Shown piece after piece: positions 62,697-64,000 of a stretch of DNA of 64,000 bases; positions within the stretch are counted from its first letter, which is position 1, and each line of letters opens with the position of its first letter. This DNA comes from an uncultured Gemmatimonadales bacterium (lineage in GTDB: Bacteria; Gemmatimonadota; Gemmatimonadetes; Gemmatimonadales; GWC2-71-9), in assembly GCA_963795085.1 (NCBI GenBank), contig CAWCFX010000001.1, positions 672,001-736,000 of the forward strand. Direction: 5' to 3'. Both the position numbers and the translations under genes were made by a program. The notes under the pieces were generated by a model, which had not been told where the DNA came from, made no database searches, and was given only the letters and a program-made list of their open reading frames with translations.

Positions 62697-63254
62697 GTGC
62701 AACAGGTCAAAGGCAGCGTGCTCAAGTCGCGGCTGGGGTTCGTCCGGGAGCACTTCGGCGAGGCCGGGGTCGCCCGGGTGGTCGCCAGCCTGCCGGAGGA
62801 GGACCAGAAAGCGCTGAACATGGTTCTCACGGTCAAGTGGTATCCTTTCGAGCTGGGAAAGCGGCTCGATAACGCCATCGTCCAGGTGCTGGGTGGCGGC
62901 CTCCCCGCGTTCTTCGAGCGGCTCGGCGAGGCGTCCGCGGACAAGAACCTGGCCACTCTCCACCACGGGTTCCTCACCCAGGGGAAACCGCACCAGTTCC
63001 TGGCCAAGGCGCCCGCCATCTACGCGCTCTACTATGAAACCGGCCGCCGGGAGTACCAGCAGACCGGGCCCAGCGAAGGCGTGCTTACCACCTATGACGC
63101 GGAAACGTTCAGCACCGCCGATTGCCTGACGGTGATCGGGTGGTATCGGCGGGCCCTCCAGATGTGCGGGGCCGCCGCGGTGGACGTCGTGGAAGAGGAA
63201 TGCCGGGCCCGGGGCGGCGCGGTCTGCCGCTACCGGGTGCGCTGGAGCGGATGA
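62697..63254 (+). CDS. TIGR02265/DUF2378-like (V4R-related) protein
   Basis: VKGSVL, WYP, G..A..NL, IYALYYETG, EECRARGGAVCRYRVRW. Confidence 0.7.
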   Translation: MQQVKGSVLKSRLGFVREHFGEAGVARVVASLPEEDQKALNMVLTVKWYPFELGKRLDNAIVQVLGGGLPAFFERLGEASADKNLATLHHGFLTQGKPHQFLAKAPAIYALYYETGRREYQQTGPSEGVLTTYDAETFSTADCLTVIGWYRRALQMCGAAAVDVVEEECRARGGAVCRYRVRWSG

Positions 63255-64000
63255 GCCATCACCCTCGCCAGCTCGGCGAGGGTTGGCTCGATCTCGATAG
63301 GGGCGCTGGCCGGACCGGCCGGGAGCGGGTCCTTGAGCAAGTGCCCGGTGAGTACCGCCACCACCCGGGCGGCGGGCGACACGATCCCCTTCGCCACCAG
63401 CTTCCGCACCCCGGCCACGGCGGCCGCGCTGGCCGCCTCGCACCCCGCCCCCGCGCCATCCACCACCCGCTTCGCCGCCAGGATCTCGTCGTCGGTCACC
63501 CGCGCCACCACGCCCTCGGTTTCCCGAATCGCCTGGACTCCGAGCTCGAAGGAAGCCGGGTCCCCGATACGGATCGCGGTTGCCACCGTCTCGGCACGCA
63601 CCCGGTGCCGACGGGCGAATCCCTCCTGGAAACTCCGGTAGAAGGGGTCGGCGCCGGCCGCCTGCACCGCGGCCAGCCGGGGCGTGCGGGTGATCAGCCC
63701 CCGGGCCCGCGCCTGCCGTAGCGCCATCCCGAACGCCGAAGTGTTGCCGAGGTTCCCCGCGGGAAACACGATCCAGTCGGGGGCCTCCCATCCCAACTGT
63801 TCCAGCAGCTCGAAGACGATGGTCTGCTGCCCTGAGAGGCGCAGCGGGTTGACCGAGTTGAGCAGATACACACCCAGGGAGGCCTCGGCCTCCCGGACCA
63901 GCCGCAGGCAGGCATCAAAATCCCCCCGGACCTGCACCACCGTCGCTCCCGACGCCAGGGCCTGGCCGAGTTTGCTCACCGCTACCTGGCCGGCCGGTAC
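63230..64000 (-). CDS. thrC: Threonine synthase, 5'-truncated by window edge
   Basis: SKLGQAL, GDFDAC, LLNSVNPLR, PAGNLGN, ETVATAIRIGDP, CEAASAA, LTGHLLKD. Confidence 0.9.
   Translation of the reverse strand, partial: VPAGQVAVSKLGQALASGATVVQVRGDFDACLRLVREAEASLGVYLLNSVNPLRLSGQQTIVFELLEQLGWEAPDWIVFPAGNLGNTSAFGMALRQARARGLITRTPRLAAVQAAGADPFYRSFQEGFARRHRVRAETVATAIRIGDPASFELGVQAIRETEGVVARVTDDEILAAKRVVDGAGAGCEAASAAAVAGVRKLVAKGIVSPAARVVAVLTGHLLKDPLPAGPASAPIEIEPTLAELARVMAHPLQRTR

Overview
High-GC bacterial chromosomal segment. It is probably Gemmatimonadota, inferred only from gene content: a Hanks-type Ser/Thr kinase, many Ig-domain and beta-propeller lipoproteins and HEAT-repeat proteins. There are about 48 protein genes and one tRNA-Pro(GGG). 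I found no rRNA, CRISPR array, integrase or transposase. Recognisable modules are an HlyD/MacB-type permease/TolC exporter, a lipoprotein-histidine kinase-sigma54 activator-TPR lipoprotein locus, agmatine catabolism (speB-like, aguA, aguB), a glgP-glgA-3xGH57 glucan operon, ettA and thrC. Most notable, and largely missed by the ORF track: (1) a secreted peroxiredoxin-like selenoprotein with an in-frame TGA at the catalytic Cys position and a SECIS-like hairpin; (2) a ~140-nt multi-branched RNA structure leading into a basic DUF4287-like/SRPBCC-like gene; (3) a DUF559 nuclease gene bracketed by inverted arrays of palindromic repeats; (4) a frameshifted four-helix-bundle gene bracketed by inverted GGCAATC heptamer arrays between aguB and aguA, plus other 7/8-bp tandem arrays at gene junctions; (5) a complete sigma54 promoter layout (two palindromic UAS, IHF-like site, -24/-12); (6) a collapsed iorA/iorB-like pseudogene. 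Some single-base frameshifts fall in homopolymers and may be assembly errors. All family assignments come from motif recognition by eye, not from database searches.
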